From Actinomycetota bacterium (GTDB lineage Bacteria > Actinomycetota > Acidimicrobiia > IMCC26256 > PALSA-610): DNA of 64,000 nucleotides. Positions 1-7,885 of the stretch are shown here, in pieces. Position 1 is the stretch's first letter, and each line of letters opens with the position of its first letter. The position numbers were made by a program, and so were the translations under genes. The notes beneath the pieces are model-generated. The model was given only the letters and a program-made list of their open reading frames with translations, was not told the DNA's origin and made no database searches. Location of the stretch: positions 11,690 to 75,689 of the forward strand of contig JBQTGT010000012.1 in the NCBI GenBank assembly GCA_052390615.1. Reading direction: 5' to 3'.

Positions 1-1
1 A

Positions 2-208
2 ATCGAACGACTCGAGGCGCACAAGTTCTTCGATGCCGAGCTCCCCGCCGACGGCGGCCGGCCAACCCTGCCCCGCCAGATTGCGCGCAAGCGGGCGACG
101 GCCGCGCGCGCGGCATTGGCCGATCGGCCCGCACGCGCGCAGTGCCCAACCTGCTGGCTCGAGCTTCCCGCGACGGGCCAGTGCGATAACTGTCTCAGCC
201 ACCTCTGA
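2..208 (+). CDS. 3' end of a CDS entering from the left edge, with a C-terminal Cys4 zinc-ribbon-like tail (family not recognised)
   Basis: Frame 2 is open from the window edge to TGA 206-208 with G/C-rich third positions. It translates to ...IERLEAHKFFDAELPADGG...AQCPTCWLELPATGQCDNCLSHL*, giving a CxxC-x9-CxxC motif. Confidence 0.5.
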   Translation: MERLEAHKFFDAELPADGGRPTLPRQIARKRATAARAALADRPARAQCPTCWLELPATGQCDNCLSHL

Positions 209-386
209 GCGCGGACGCGCTTCGCGACGGCACCGATCAGGTGGTGCGGGTGCGAAAGCTGGCGAGCGACACTCATCGCACCGAGCCCGAGGGCGAGCGC
301 ACCGATGCCGGCGCCGATCCACAGTGAAGTCGCGTCGCCGCCGGTGACCGGCTACTCGGCCACGGCGACACCATGCCCGAAGCTCC

Positions 387-404
387 CCAGATCGGCCGAT
401 CTGG
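387..404. promoter_or_regulatory. Perfect 18-bp palindrome CCAGATCGG|CCGATCTGG in a 416-bp non-coding gap
   Basis: Read directly from the sequence. It lies about 220 nt upstream of the amidohydrolase start at 625. No convincing ORF covers 209-624. Confidence 0.3.
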
Positions 405-588
405 AGAAAATTACCGGTCGGCGAGTCCACCGAACTAGGTCCGAACGGCCCAGGAGACCAGCTACGGCTGGCGCAGCTCGTCGCGCATCACCTTGCCGTT
501 GCCGCCGCCGGCACCAGACGCGGTGAGAGGCTCGTGACGAGTCCCACGACCGCGTGCTTCGCTGTCGCGTCCCCACCCAGCCGGTACG

Positions 589-604
589 CTGACACGAGCG
601 TCAG
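589..604 (+). promoter_or_regulatory. Dyad CTGAC-ACGAGC-GTCAG (copy 1 of 3), candidate operator or 5'-UTR hairpin
   Basis: It ends exactly 20 nt before ATG 625. The same CTGAC-ANNAGC-GTCAG pattern occurs at 54427-54442 (also 20 nt before a start) and, in reverse complement, at 30713-30728. Confidence 0.45.
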
Positions 605-624
605 GTGCGGGCGGCGAGGGGTCC

Positions 625-1848
625 ATGGAACTGCCCAAGATCATCAGCGTCGACGACCACGTCGTCGAACCGCCGCATGTGTGGCAGACGTGGCTGGCGC
701 GCCAATACCGAGAGCGCGGCCCGCGCATCGAACGCAAGCGGTGGGGCGCGTTCCGCCACAGGGCCGGCGCCCGCTACGTCAATACCGAAGACCCCAAAGG
801 CCTGTGGGGCGACGCGTGGTACTTCGAGGACCGGTTGGTCTACGTGCACAAGCGGTTCGTGGCGATCCCACTCGAAGCGACCCCCGACGGCGACGTCACG
901 CGGTTCGACCGCACGAAGATGGTGATGGAAGCCCTCACCTACGACGAGATGCGCCCGGGGTGTTACGAGCGCGACGCACGAATCGAGGACTTCGAGCTCA
1001 ACTGGGTCGACGGTTCGCTGCCGTTCCCGACGTTTCCGCGCTTTTGCGGCCAGACGTTCTACGAAGCCGATGACAAGGAGCTCGGCCTCGCATGTGTACG
1101 CGCGTACAACGACTGGATGGTGGAGGAATGGTGTGGGCCGTCGCGCGGCATGAACATTCCGCTCTGCATCATGCCGCTCTGGGATGTCAACCTCGCGGCG
1201 GCCGAGATCCAGCGCAACGCCGACCGTGGCGTCCGCGCGTTTTGTTTCAGCGAGCTCCCGCACCACTTGAAGCTGCCAACGATTCATAGCGGCGAATGGG
1301 ATCCCGTCTTCCAGGTGTGCAACGACGCGGGCGTCACGTTGTGCATGCACATCGGGTCGTCGTCGACCAACCCGGCTGCGTCACCGGACGCACCGGGCGG
1401 AGTGGGTGGCACTCTCGCGTTCAACAACTCGATGGCATCGCTCGCGGACTGGCTGTTCTCCGGCAAGCTCATCCAGTTCCCGAAGCTCAAGCTCGCCTAT
1501 TCCGAGGGTCAGATCGGCTGGATTCCGTACGCACTGGAACGGGCCGACACCGTCTGGGATCAGCACGACAGCTGGCAGCACTCGAAGGCGCGCGTTCCCG
1601 AACCGCCCTCGACCTATTACTACGGACGCATCTTCGGTTGCTTCACGGCCGACCATCACGGCTTGCACTCGTTGCCCGAGGTCGGTGAGGACAACATCTG
1701 CTTCGAGACCGACTACCCGCACACCGACACGACATGGCCGAACTCTAAGGAGTACGTCGAGAAGATGCTGGCGGGGTTCGACGCGCGCATCGCCTACAAG
1801 GTGCTGCGCGGCAACGCGATCAAGATGCTGGAGCTCGATCGCGTCTAG
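625..1848 (+). CDS. Amidohydrolase-2 family metal-dependent hydrolase (ACMSD-like)
   Basis: 407-aa ORF. N-terminal IISVDDHVVEP (metal-binding DxH-type motif), later HIGSS and a C-terminal FETDYPH motif typical of amidohydrolase_2. High GC3. Confidence 0.9.
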   Translation: MELPKIISVDDHVVEPPHVWQTWLARQYRERGPRIERKRWGAFRHRAGARYVNTEDPKGLWGDAWYFEDRLVYVHKRFVAIPLEATPDGDVTRFDRTKMVMEALTYDEMRPGCYERDARIEDFELNWVDGSLPFPTFPRFCGQTFYEADDKELGLACVRAYNDWMVEEWCGPSRGMNIPLCIMPLWDVNLAAAEIQRNADRGVRAFCFSELPHHLKLPTIHSGEWDPVFQVCNDAGVTLCMHIGSSSTNPAASPDAPGGVGGTLAFNNSMASLADWLFSGKLIQFPKLKLAYSEGQIGWIPYALERADTVWDQHDSWQHSKARVPEPPSTYYYGRIFGCFTADHHGLHSLPEVGEDNICFETDYPHTDTTWPNSKEYVEKMLAGFDARIAYKVLRGNAIKMLELDRV

Positions 1849-1867
1849 GACGCTGCTGGGGTCCGCG

Positions 1868-1912
1868 TGTTTGTACCTGGCCGGCCGCTGTGCGGCCATC
1901 CAGGTACAAACA
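1868..1912. terminator. Bidirectional intrinsic-terminator-like hairpin between convergent genes
   Basis: TGTTTGTACCTGG (1868-1880) pairs perfectly with CCAGGTACAAACA (1900-1912). An inner GGCCGC/GCGGCC stem is present. The stem base is A/T-rich on both sides. Confidence 0.65.
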
Positions 1913-1931
1913 TCTCGGTGCCGGGTTCGCG

Positions 1932-2468
1932 CTATGGGACGGTCGTGGCGGCGGTCGTACTTAGTTTCACGAGCGCGTTCCACGACGACTCGGCCAACTT
2001 CCATTGGCCGTCTTCTTTGACCATCAGCCCGCTCGCCGCGGTGAGGACAACGGTGCCGCCGAAGCTCAGGTCGTAGATCACCTCGGCTTCGGCGTCGGGG
2101 AGCAGCGTGGCCTCGGTGGCTGCGGCGCCGAGCGCGTTCGCGCCCACGTTGAAGCTGTCGTACAGCGTTTGGAAACTCTCGCGGAACGTCTCGCCGTTCT
2201 CGAGCAGCGCCGCGGCGCCGTCGAAGTCCTGCTGGCTGTACAGCGTGAAGAACTGTTCGAGCGCGGCCATCGCCGCCGCTTGTTCCGCCGCGTCGTCGCC
2301 CGTCGCAGCGGTCGTGTCGACCTCGGGTGCGTCGGTCTGCTCGGTGGTCTCGTCGGGGGCGTCGGGCGCATCCGTCGTGTCGGTCCCGCCGGCGTCGTCG
2401 TCGCCGCCACACGCGCTCATTAGCGTCAGCGCCAGCACCGTCGCGAGCGCGATCTTCGTTCGCCGCAT
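1932..2468 (-). CDS. Lipoprotein of unknown function
   Basis: 178-aa ORF starting MRRTKIALATVLALTLMSAC (signal peptide plus lipobox). GGAGG lies 5-6 nt upstream of the ATG. An acidic/Thr-rich linker is followed by a globular part. Confidence 0.75.
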   Translation of the reverse strand: MRRTKIALATVLALTLMSACGGDDDAGGTDTTDAPDAPDETTEQTDAPEVDTTAATGDDAAEQAAAMAALEQFFTLYSQQDFDGAAALLENGETFRESFQTLYDSFNVGANALGAAATEATLLPDAEAEVIYDLSFGGTVVLTAASGLMVKEDGQWKLAESSWNALVKLSTTAATTVP

Positions 2469-2589
2469 CGAGACCTCCGTTCACCGACCAGGGGCGACCC
2501 CCGATGCGGAGCCGCACGTGCCAGGCTGATCCTATGTTGGTACGTTGACGCGCGTGTCAGGTGCGCCGGGACGAGGGATATCAAGGGGA

Positions 2590-2646
2590 ATGCCACAAGC
2601 GATGCCACGAGGGATGCCACGAGGGATGCCACGAGGGATGCCATGA
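2590..2646 (+). other. Candidate leader mini-ORF MPQAMPRGMPRGMPRGMP* encoded by the tandem repeat
   Basis: The ATGs at 2590/2602/2614/2626/2638 are all in one frame. The stop TGA 2644-2646 overlaps ATG 2643 of the substrate-binding protein gene (ATGA). Confidence 0.3.
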
Positions 2647-2649
2647 GGG
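2590..2649 (+). repeat. 12-bp tandem repeat, 5 units (ATGCCACGAGGG consensus; first and last units variant)
   Basis: Units at 2590, 2602, 2614, 2626 and 2638. The three central units are identical. The last unit carries a C-to-T change that creates ATG 2643. Confidence 0.9.
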
Positions 2650-3995
2650 CATCGATGGGGCGCGGCCGGTTCGCGATCACTTGTGTGTGCGTGCTCGCAT
2701 TGACGGCGTGCGCCAACGCTGGCGACGACGACGATGACGGCGTGGGCGAGAGTGGCGGCAACGGCGTCGGCAGTGACGGCACGACGACGGGCGTCACTGA
2801 CACCGAGATCCTGGTCGGCGGGCTCGTCTCGCTGACCGGGCCGCTCGCCCAGCAGTTCAAGGGCAGCGACGATGGCGCCGAGGCGTACTTCGCGCTCGTA
2901 AACGAGCGGGGCGGGGTCCACGGCCGGACGATCCGGCGAGTCGACACCCGCAACGACAACACCGACCCGGCCCGCAACGAGACCGAGGCCCGTGCCCTCG
3001 TCGAGGAAGACAAGGTGTTTGCGGTCGTCCCGCTGGCGACGCCTGTGTTCGAGTCGGCCGAATACCTCGGCGAGACCGGTATTCCTGTGTTCGGTTGGCG
3101 CATCCAGGACGAGTGGAACGATCACATGGCGTTCTTCGCACACTCGGGTACGTGGGCCCAAGTCGATGCCCCCGGCACGGCCGGTGGCGCGTACGGACCG
3201 AAGCGGCTCGGGTTCACGAAGGTCGGCGCGATCGGTTACACGATTCCGCAGTCGGCCGATTGTGTCGATCTCCAGGTACGCAATTTCGAAGCGGCCGGCC
3301 TCGACGTCGTGTACGAGAACAAGAGTCTACCGTTGGGAACGGCCGACTTCACGGCCGACGCGCAGCGCATGAAGGACGCCGGGATCGAGTACCTCGCGAC
3401 GTGTATCGACACGAACGGGAATCTCAACCTGACGCGCGCGCTGCAACGGGTCGACCACGAGGTTGCGATGTCATGGCCGACCGGGTACGAGCAAGAGGTG
3501 CTCGCCGAGTACGGCGACCTGATGGAGAACGTCTACTTCATTCTCCAGCACCTGCCGTTCGAGAGCGCCGAGGACTCGCCCGGCATGCAGGAGTACTTGA
3601 CCGAATTCCCGCGGCTTTCGCCCGACGGCACGATCGGTAACCAGAGCTTGATCGGTTGGGTCAACGCCAAGCTGTTCGTCGATGGGCTCGACGCGGTTGG
3701 GCCCGACCTGACGCGCGAGAATCTGGTTGAGACGATCAATACCGAGTTCACCGATTGGGACGCCGACGGCATCATGTGGCCGCTCGACTGGTCGGTGCAG
3801 CACACCGCCCAGAACCCGAACGGCTGCACCACCGCGGTGGTGTCGGTCGACAACGGCGAGTTCGTGCACGTATTCGGCAAGCCGTTCAACTGCGTGCTCA
3901 GGCTCGAGACCCCAGAACAGCTCGACTCGTACATCGCCGCCGAAGACGCCGGTCTCTCACCTGAGGAGGCGCGCGACGCCGCGCTGGGTTCGTGA
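2643..3995 (+). CDS. ABC transporter substrate-binding lipoprotein (LivJ / Peripla_BP_6-like, branched-chain amino acid type)
   Basis: 450-aa ORF. Signal peptide plus lipobox (VLALTAC), then the typical ...DTEILVGGLVSLTGPLAQ... start of the type-I periplasmic binding fold. An alternative start is ATG 2655, which also has GAGGG 5 nt upstream. Confidence 0.9.
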   Translation: MRASMGRGRFAITCVCVLALTACANAGDDDDDGVGESGGNGVGSDGTTTGVTDTEILVGGLVSLTGPLAQQFKGSDDGAEAYFALVNERGGVHGRTIRRVDTRNDNTDPARNETEARALVEEDKVFAVVPLATPVFESAEYLGETGIPVFGWRIQDEWNDHMAFFAHSGTWAQVDAPGTAGGAYGPKRLGFTKVGAIGYTIPQSADCVDLQVRNFEAAGLDVVYENKSLPLGTADFTADAQRMKDAGIEYLATCIDTNGNLNLTRALQRVDHEVAMSWPTGYEQEVLAEYGDLMENVYFILQHLPFESAEDSPGMQEYLTEFPRLSPDGTIGNQSLIGWVNAKLFVDGLDAVGPDLTRENLVETINTEFTDWDADGIMWPLDWSVQHTAQNPNGCTTAVVSVDNGEFVHVFGKPFNCVLRLETPEQLDSYIAAEDAGLSPEEARDAALGS

Positions 3996-5905
3996 GCGAC
4001 TACTGGCCGTACATCGTCGGCGGGGTCACCGAGGGCAGCATCTTTGCTCTCGTCGCCGCAGGACTGGTGCTGACCTTCCGGACCACCGGGACGTTCAACC
4101 TCGCATTCGGCGCCCAGGCGTACGTGAGCGCGGTGGTGTTCTACGACTTGCGCAAGGAAGCCGAGCTTCCTGTCTGGGTCGCGTTCGTGGTTGCCGTACT
4201 CGTCGTCGCGCCGCTGCTCGCGCTCGTGCTCGATCGGCTCGTGTTCCGGTTCCTGACCCGCGCGCCGGTGGTGACCAGGATTGGAGTCGCGCTCGGGCTC
4301 GCGGTTGCGCTGCCCGCGGTCGTGGCGCTGTACACCGCGGGCGAGCAGAAATTCGGTCCTCCCAGCTTGGGGCCGAGCCCGCCGCACTTCTATAGCGTCG
4401 GTTCACTGTCGATTGACTCCGACCAGGTCATCGCGATGGTGGCGACGGTCGTCGTTGTCGTGCTGATCGGATTGGTGCTGCGGTACACCGCGCTTGGGCT
4501 CCAGATGCGCGCCGTGGTCGAGAGCCACCGGCTCGTGGAGTTGGCGGGTGTCGACGCCAACCGCGCCAACCTCGCCGCGTGGGTACTTTCGTCGGTGGTC
4601 GCGGGCTTGGCCGGAGTGCTGCTCGCTCCGTTGAATCTCGGGTCGCTCGATGCGCGCAGGTACACGATCCTTGTCGTGGGCGCGATCGCGGCCGCAGTGT
4701 TCGCGCGGCTGCGCAGCCTCCCGCTCGCGATCGTCGGCGGGCTGCTGCTGGGCCTGTGTCAGTCGATGATCGTGAAGTTCCTCGAGCCGGAGTCGATCTT
4801 GGCCCAAGGGTTGCGGCCCGCGTTCCCCTTCGCCGCGATCGTGCTGCTGCTCTTGTTTCTGCCCGGTCTGCGCGACCGCCCCGAAGCGGTCGATCCGCTG
4901 GCCGGCGTCGATCCGCCCGCGCGCGTGACGGCGATCAGCGTGGGTGGGAACACGGGGCGCGCGCAGGTCGCGATCGCATTCGCATGTGGGATCGTCGCAT
5001 CGGCGGCGGCGATCATGCTGCTCTCCGACTTCTGGCTCGGCAAAACCGCGCAAGCGGTGATCCTGGCGACCATCTTCTTGTCATTCGTCGTGCTCACGGG
5101 TCTCGCCGGGCACCTGTCGCTCTGCCAGGCGGCGTTCGCGGGCATCGGCGCGTTCACGGCCGCGCAACTCGCGGCCGAGCAGGGCATGTCGGTCATCGGG
5201 GGGGCTGTCGTTGGGGCCATGGTTGCCGCCGCGGCCGGTGCGGTGGTGGCGCTTCCCTCGCTGCGGCTCTCTGGTCTGTTCCTCGCGCTCGCGACGCTCG
5301 CCTTCGGGCTCATGCTCGACAATGTGATCTTCCCGCAGCCATGGGCGTCGGGCAGCGGGACGCGCGGGCTCGACGTGCCGCGCCCACTCATCGGCACCAT
5401 CGACTTCACCTCCAACGCGTCGTTCCTCGTGCTGTCGGGAGTGGCGTTCGCGCTCGTCGCGATGTTGGTGTGGCTGCTGCGGCGGGGTACGACGGGCGCG
5501 TTTTTGGGTGCGTTGCGCGGCAGTCCGGTCGCGGCGGTATCTATTGGCATCGACGAACGGAGTGCTCGCGTGCTCGCGTTCACGATTGCGGCTGGAATCG
5601 CCGGCTTCGGCGGGGCGCTGCTCGCCGCGCAGCAGGGTTCGGCCGCGCCGGTGAATTTCATCACCGACCTGTCGCTGTACTGGACGGTCGTCGCGCTGGC
5701 CGTCGGTGTCGCGACGATCAGGAGTGCGTTCGCGGCCGGACTCCTGATCGTGTTTGTGCCGGAATTGCTCAATGAGCTGCCGGAACGCTGGATCGTGCTG
5801 CAGTTCGTGTTGTTCGGGTTGGGCGTGCTCGTGCTCGCGCGGCATCCCGAGGGTGCGTTCGAGTTCGTAGTGACCAAGTTCCATCGGCGCCGGCTGGCGG
5901 CGTGA
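3992..5905 (+). CDS. Fused LivH-LivM-type branched-chain amino acid ABC transporter permease
   Basis: 637-aa polytopic ORF. The N-terminal half begins like LivH (GVTEGSIFALVAAGLVLTFRTTGTFNLAFGAQ). The C-terminal half resembles LivM (GHLSLCQAAFAGIGAFTAA). The GTGA overlaps the upstream gene. Confidence 0.9.
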   Translation: MSDYWPYIVGGVTEGSIFALVAAGLVLTFRTTGTFNLAFGAQAYVSAVVFYDLRKEAELPVWVAFVVAVLVVAPLLALVLDRLVFRFLTRAPVVTRIGVALGLAVALPAVVALYTAGEQKFGPPSLGPSPPHFYSVGSLSIDSDQVIAMVATVVVVVLIGLVLRYTALGLQMRAVVESHRLVELAGVDANRANLAAWVLSSVVAGLAGVLLAPLNLGSLDARRYTILVVGAIAAAVFARLRSLPLAIVGGLLLGLCQSMIVKFLEPESILAQGLRPAFPFAAIVLLLLFLPGLRDRPEAVDPLAGVDPPARVTAISVGGNTGRAQVAIAFACGIVASAAAIMLLSDFWLGKTAQAVILATIFLSFVVLTGLAGHLSLCQAAFAGIGAFTAAQLAAEQGMSVIGGAVVGAMVAAAAGAVVALPSLRLSGLFLALATLAFGLMLDNVIFPQPWASGSGTRGLDVPRPLIGTIDFTSNASFLVLSGVAFALVAMLVWLLRRGTTGAFLGALRGSPVAAVSIGIDERSARVLAFTIAAGIAGFGGALLAAQQGSAAPVNFITDLSLYWTVVALAVGVATIRSAFAAGLLIVFVPELLNELPERWIVLQFVLFGLGVLVLARHPEGAFEFVVTKFHRRRLAA

Positions 5906-6276
5906 CGAGGCGCACGCTGGTCGGCGCCCTTCTCGTCGTCATGGCCGCCTCCGGGTGCGTCGACCACGATCTCAACGCGCGCCAGTTCTGCAATCGCCAC
6001 GCCGATCTCATCGTGGAGTCGAAGGACGAACGCGAGCTCGCCTCTGATCACGACACGCTCGGGGCGCGCGCCGACGAGATCGAAGAGACGATGAAGGATG
6101 CCGAGGACGGAACCCGTCCGGTGCGGCTTGCCGCGCGCGATCTTCTGGAGGGGTACATCGACCTCGAGCGCATGCTCGGCGCCGACGATGCGGAGCCGGA
6201 CGACGTCGCGGACACCGAGCACGAGCTGCGGGAGGCGCGCGCGGGGATTCGAGACGCGTGCGCGGAGGCCACCTAG
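5902..6276 (+). CDS. Small lipoprotein of unknown function
   Basis: 124-aa ORF starting MTRRTLVGALLVVMAASGC (lipobox). The GTGA overlaps the permease stop. Confidence 0.65.
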   Translation: MTRRTLVGALLVVMAASGCVDHDLNARQFCNRHADLIVESKDERELASDHDTLGARADEIEETMKDAEDGTRPVRLAARDLLEGYIDLERMLGADDAEPDDVADTEHELREARAGIRDACAEAT

Positions 6277-7712
6277 CCGTTCTCGAGCCGCTGCTGGCGC
6301 AACGCTTCGCCCTGCGCGTAGGCCATGTCGCGCGGGTACGTCCGCGCCGCGAGGAGCACGATGAGACCGGCGACCCCGAGCGTGGGCGCGATCTGCAGCA
6401 TCGCCGAACGCAAGCCGTACTGCTCGGACAAGTACCCGAACAAGATCGGGGCGGCGCCCACGGCGACGACGCGCATCACCGAACGGATGCCGGCGGCGCG
6501 ACCGCGCAGCTGCGGGACGATGATGTCGAGCTGGACCGCATTCAGGGGCGCCATCGGGAGTCCGATCAAGAATCCGGACACCAGGAAGAACGGCACGACG
6601 AGCGCCAGGCTGTCGAAGCCGAATGCGATCATCAACGACACGACCGCGCCGATGTACGCGGCGCCGGCCATGTTCATGCGCGCGGCCGGCGCGCCGCGCG
6701 CGAGTTGCCGGTCGCTGAGACGCGCGCCCGTGACGATGCCACCGACGACCGACAGCGCCAGCACGGCAACGATGGTGCCGGCGCCGCCCGCCGAGAAGCC
6801 GTGGTAGCGGCGGAAGAAGGCCGGCGCCCACGAACCGAGCGCGGAGAAGAAGAACTCGCCGGCGACGCCCGCAAGGAAGGTGATCCACATCGTCGGGACG
6901 CGCACGATCTCGCGGATCGCGGGCCACACCCGCAGGACCCGGTAGTCGACCGTCGGCGACTCGGACCCGAGCGCCTCGTCGTTCGGCGTCGGCGGCGCCG
7001 GGGCGGTGCTCGCGGCGAGGTGTTCCTCGGCTCGGTGCAACGCGTCGGGAAGCCCGCGCTGCGGTTCGGGCAACAGCTTCCACACGGCAGCGCCGCAGAG
7101 CAGCCCGGCCGCGCCCCACGCATAGAATGCCGCCCGCCAGTCGAACGCGTCCGCGAGGATCCCCGCGGCCGCGAACCCGAGCACGGCGCCGAGCAGCATG
7201 CCCAGGTTGTTGATCCCGAACGCGCGACTCCGTTCCTTGACCGGGTAGTAGTCGCCGAGCAGCGAGGGTGTGCTCGGTCCGTTCGTCGCTTCGATTGAAC
7301 CGAGAAATAGGCGCGCGGCGAACATCATGCCGAACGACTGGGCCGCGCCGGTCCAGAACATTGCGATCGACCACGGGAGGAAACCGAGCGCGATCAGCCG
7401 CACGCGGTTCCATCGATCGGCGATGAATCCGAACGGCAGCGCGCTCACCGCCGCGACGAGGGCGTACGCACCGAGCAGCAAACCGATTTCGTCGTCGCCA
7501 ACGTCAAAGGCGAGCCGCACGTCCTCGGAAACGGTTGCGAGGATCGTGCGGTCGGCGGCGTCGACCGCGCCGACCGCCATCAGGATGTACAGGTACCGCT
7601 TTGGGTAGCGGGGGAACCGCTCTCGCAGCCGGTCGACCTCCGCGACCAGTGCTTCGCGGTCGGCGGGCGCGACGCCTTCCGGCGCTGTGCCATCGCCGGG
7701 TCGGACCGCCAC
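6273..7712 (-). CDS. MFS transporter
   Basis: 479-aa ORF with about 12 hydrophobic segments and the MFS signature region GFIADRWNRVRLI between TM2 and TM3. Confidence 0.9.
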   Translation of the reverse strand: MAVRPGDGTAPEGVAPADREALVAEVDRLRERFPRYPKRYLYILMAVGAVDAADRTILATVSEDVRLAFDVGDDEIGLLLGAYALVAAVSALPFGFIADRWNRVRLIALGFLPWSIAMFWTGAAQSFGMMFAARLFLGSIEATNGPSTPSLLGDYYPVKERSRAFGINNLGMLLGAVLGFAAAGILADAFDWRAAFYAWGAAGLLCGAAVWKLLPEPQRGLPDALHRAEEHLAASTAPAPPTPNDEALGSESPTVDYRVLRVWPAIREIVRVPTMWITFLAGVAGEFFFSALGSWAPAFFRRYHGFSAGGAGTIVAVLALSVVGGIVTGARLSDRQLARGAPAARMNMAGAAYIGAVVSLMIAFGFDSLALVVPFFLVSGFLIGLPMAPLNAVQLDIIVPQLRGRAAGIRSVMRVVAVGAAPILFGYLSEQYGLRSAMLQIAPTLGVAGLIVLLAARTYPRDMAYAQGEALRQQRLENG

Positions 7713-7885
7713 GTCGTGAATCCTCGCAGGTCGCGGGCAGACTCGTCAGGAAGGCGAGCGAGTGCTCCGACCAGAAAGCTTCGCAGCGCGCTCCGAGACC
7801 TGTTTGGTCCGTCGCCGTTGCTATTGCACCGGCGGGTGACCAAATACGTGAGCGCGCGACGCACGAAACGCTGCCTGTCACGGCA

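Noticed and set aside
209-360. A minus-strand hydrophobic stretch (LWIGAGIGALALGLGA) suggesting a small membrane protein
   Set aside because: The frame is preceded by a TAG, and its only ATG lies after the hydrophobic segment. It then runs antisense through the left-edge CDS with Arg-rich translation.
2418-2429. The 12-mer CATTAGCGTCAG, identical to part of dyad site 3
   Set aside because: It lies inside the signal-peptide coding region of the lipoprotein gene and lacks the left CTGAC arm. It is treated as a chance partial match.
2590-2649. Tandem repeat considered as a CRISPR array or minisatellite
   Set aside because: The units are 12 bp and directly abutting with no spacers, and no cas genes are present. 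It is treated as a tandem repeat or leader ORF instead.
4759-7413. An 884-aa minus-strand ORF overlapping the Liv permease and the MFS genes
   Set aside because: It is antisense to the clearly polytopic permease and out of frame with the MFS gene. The composition is dominated by Arg/Ala/Pro/Ser.
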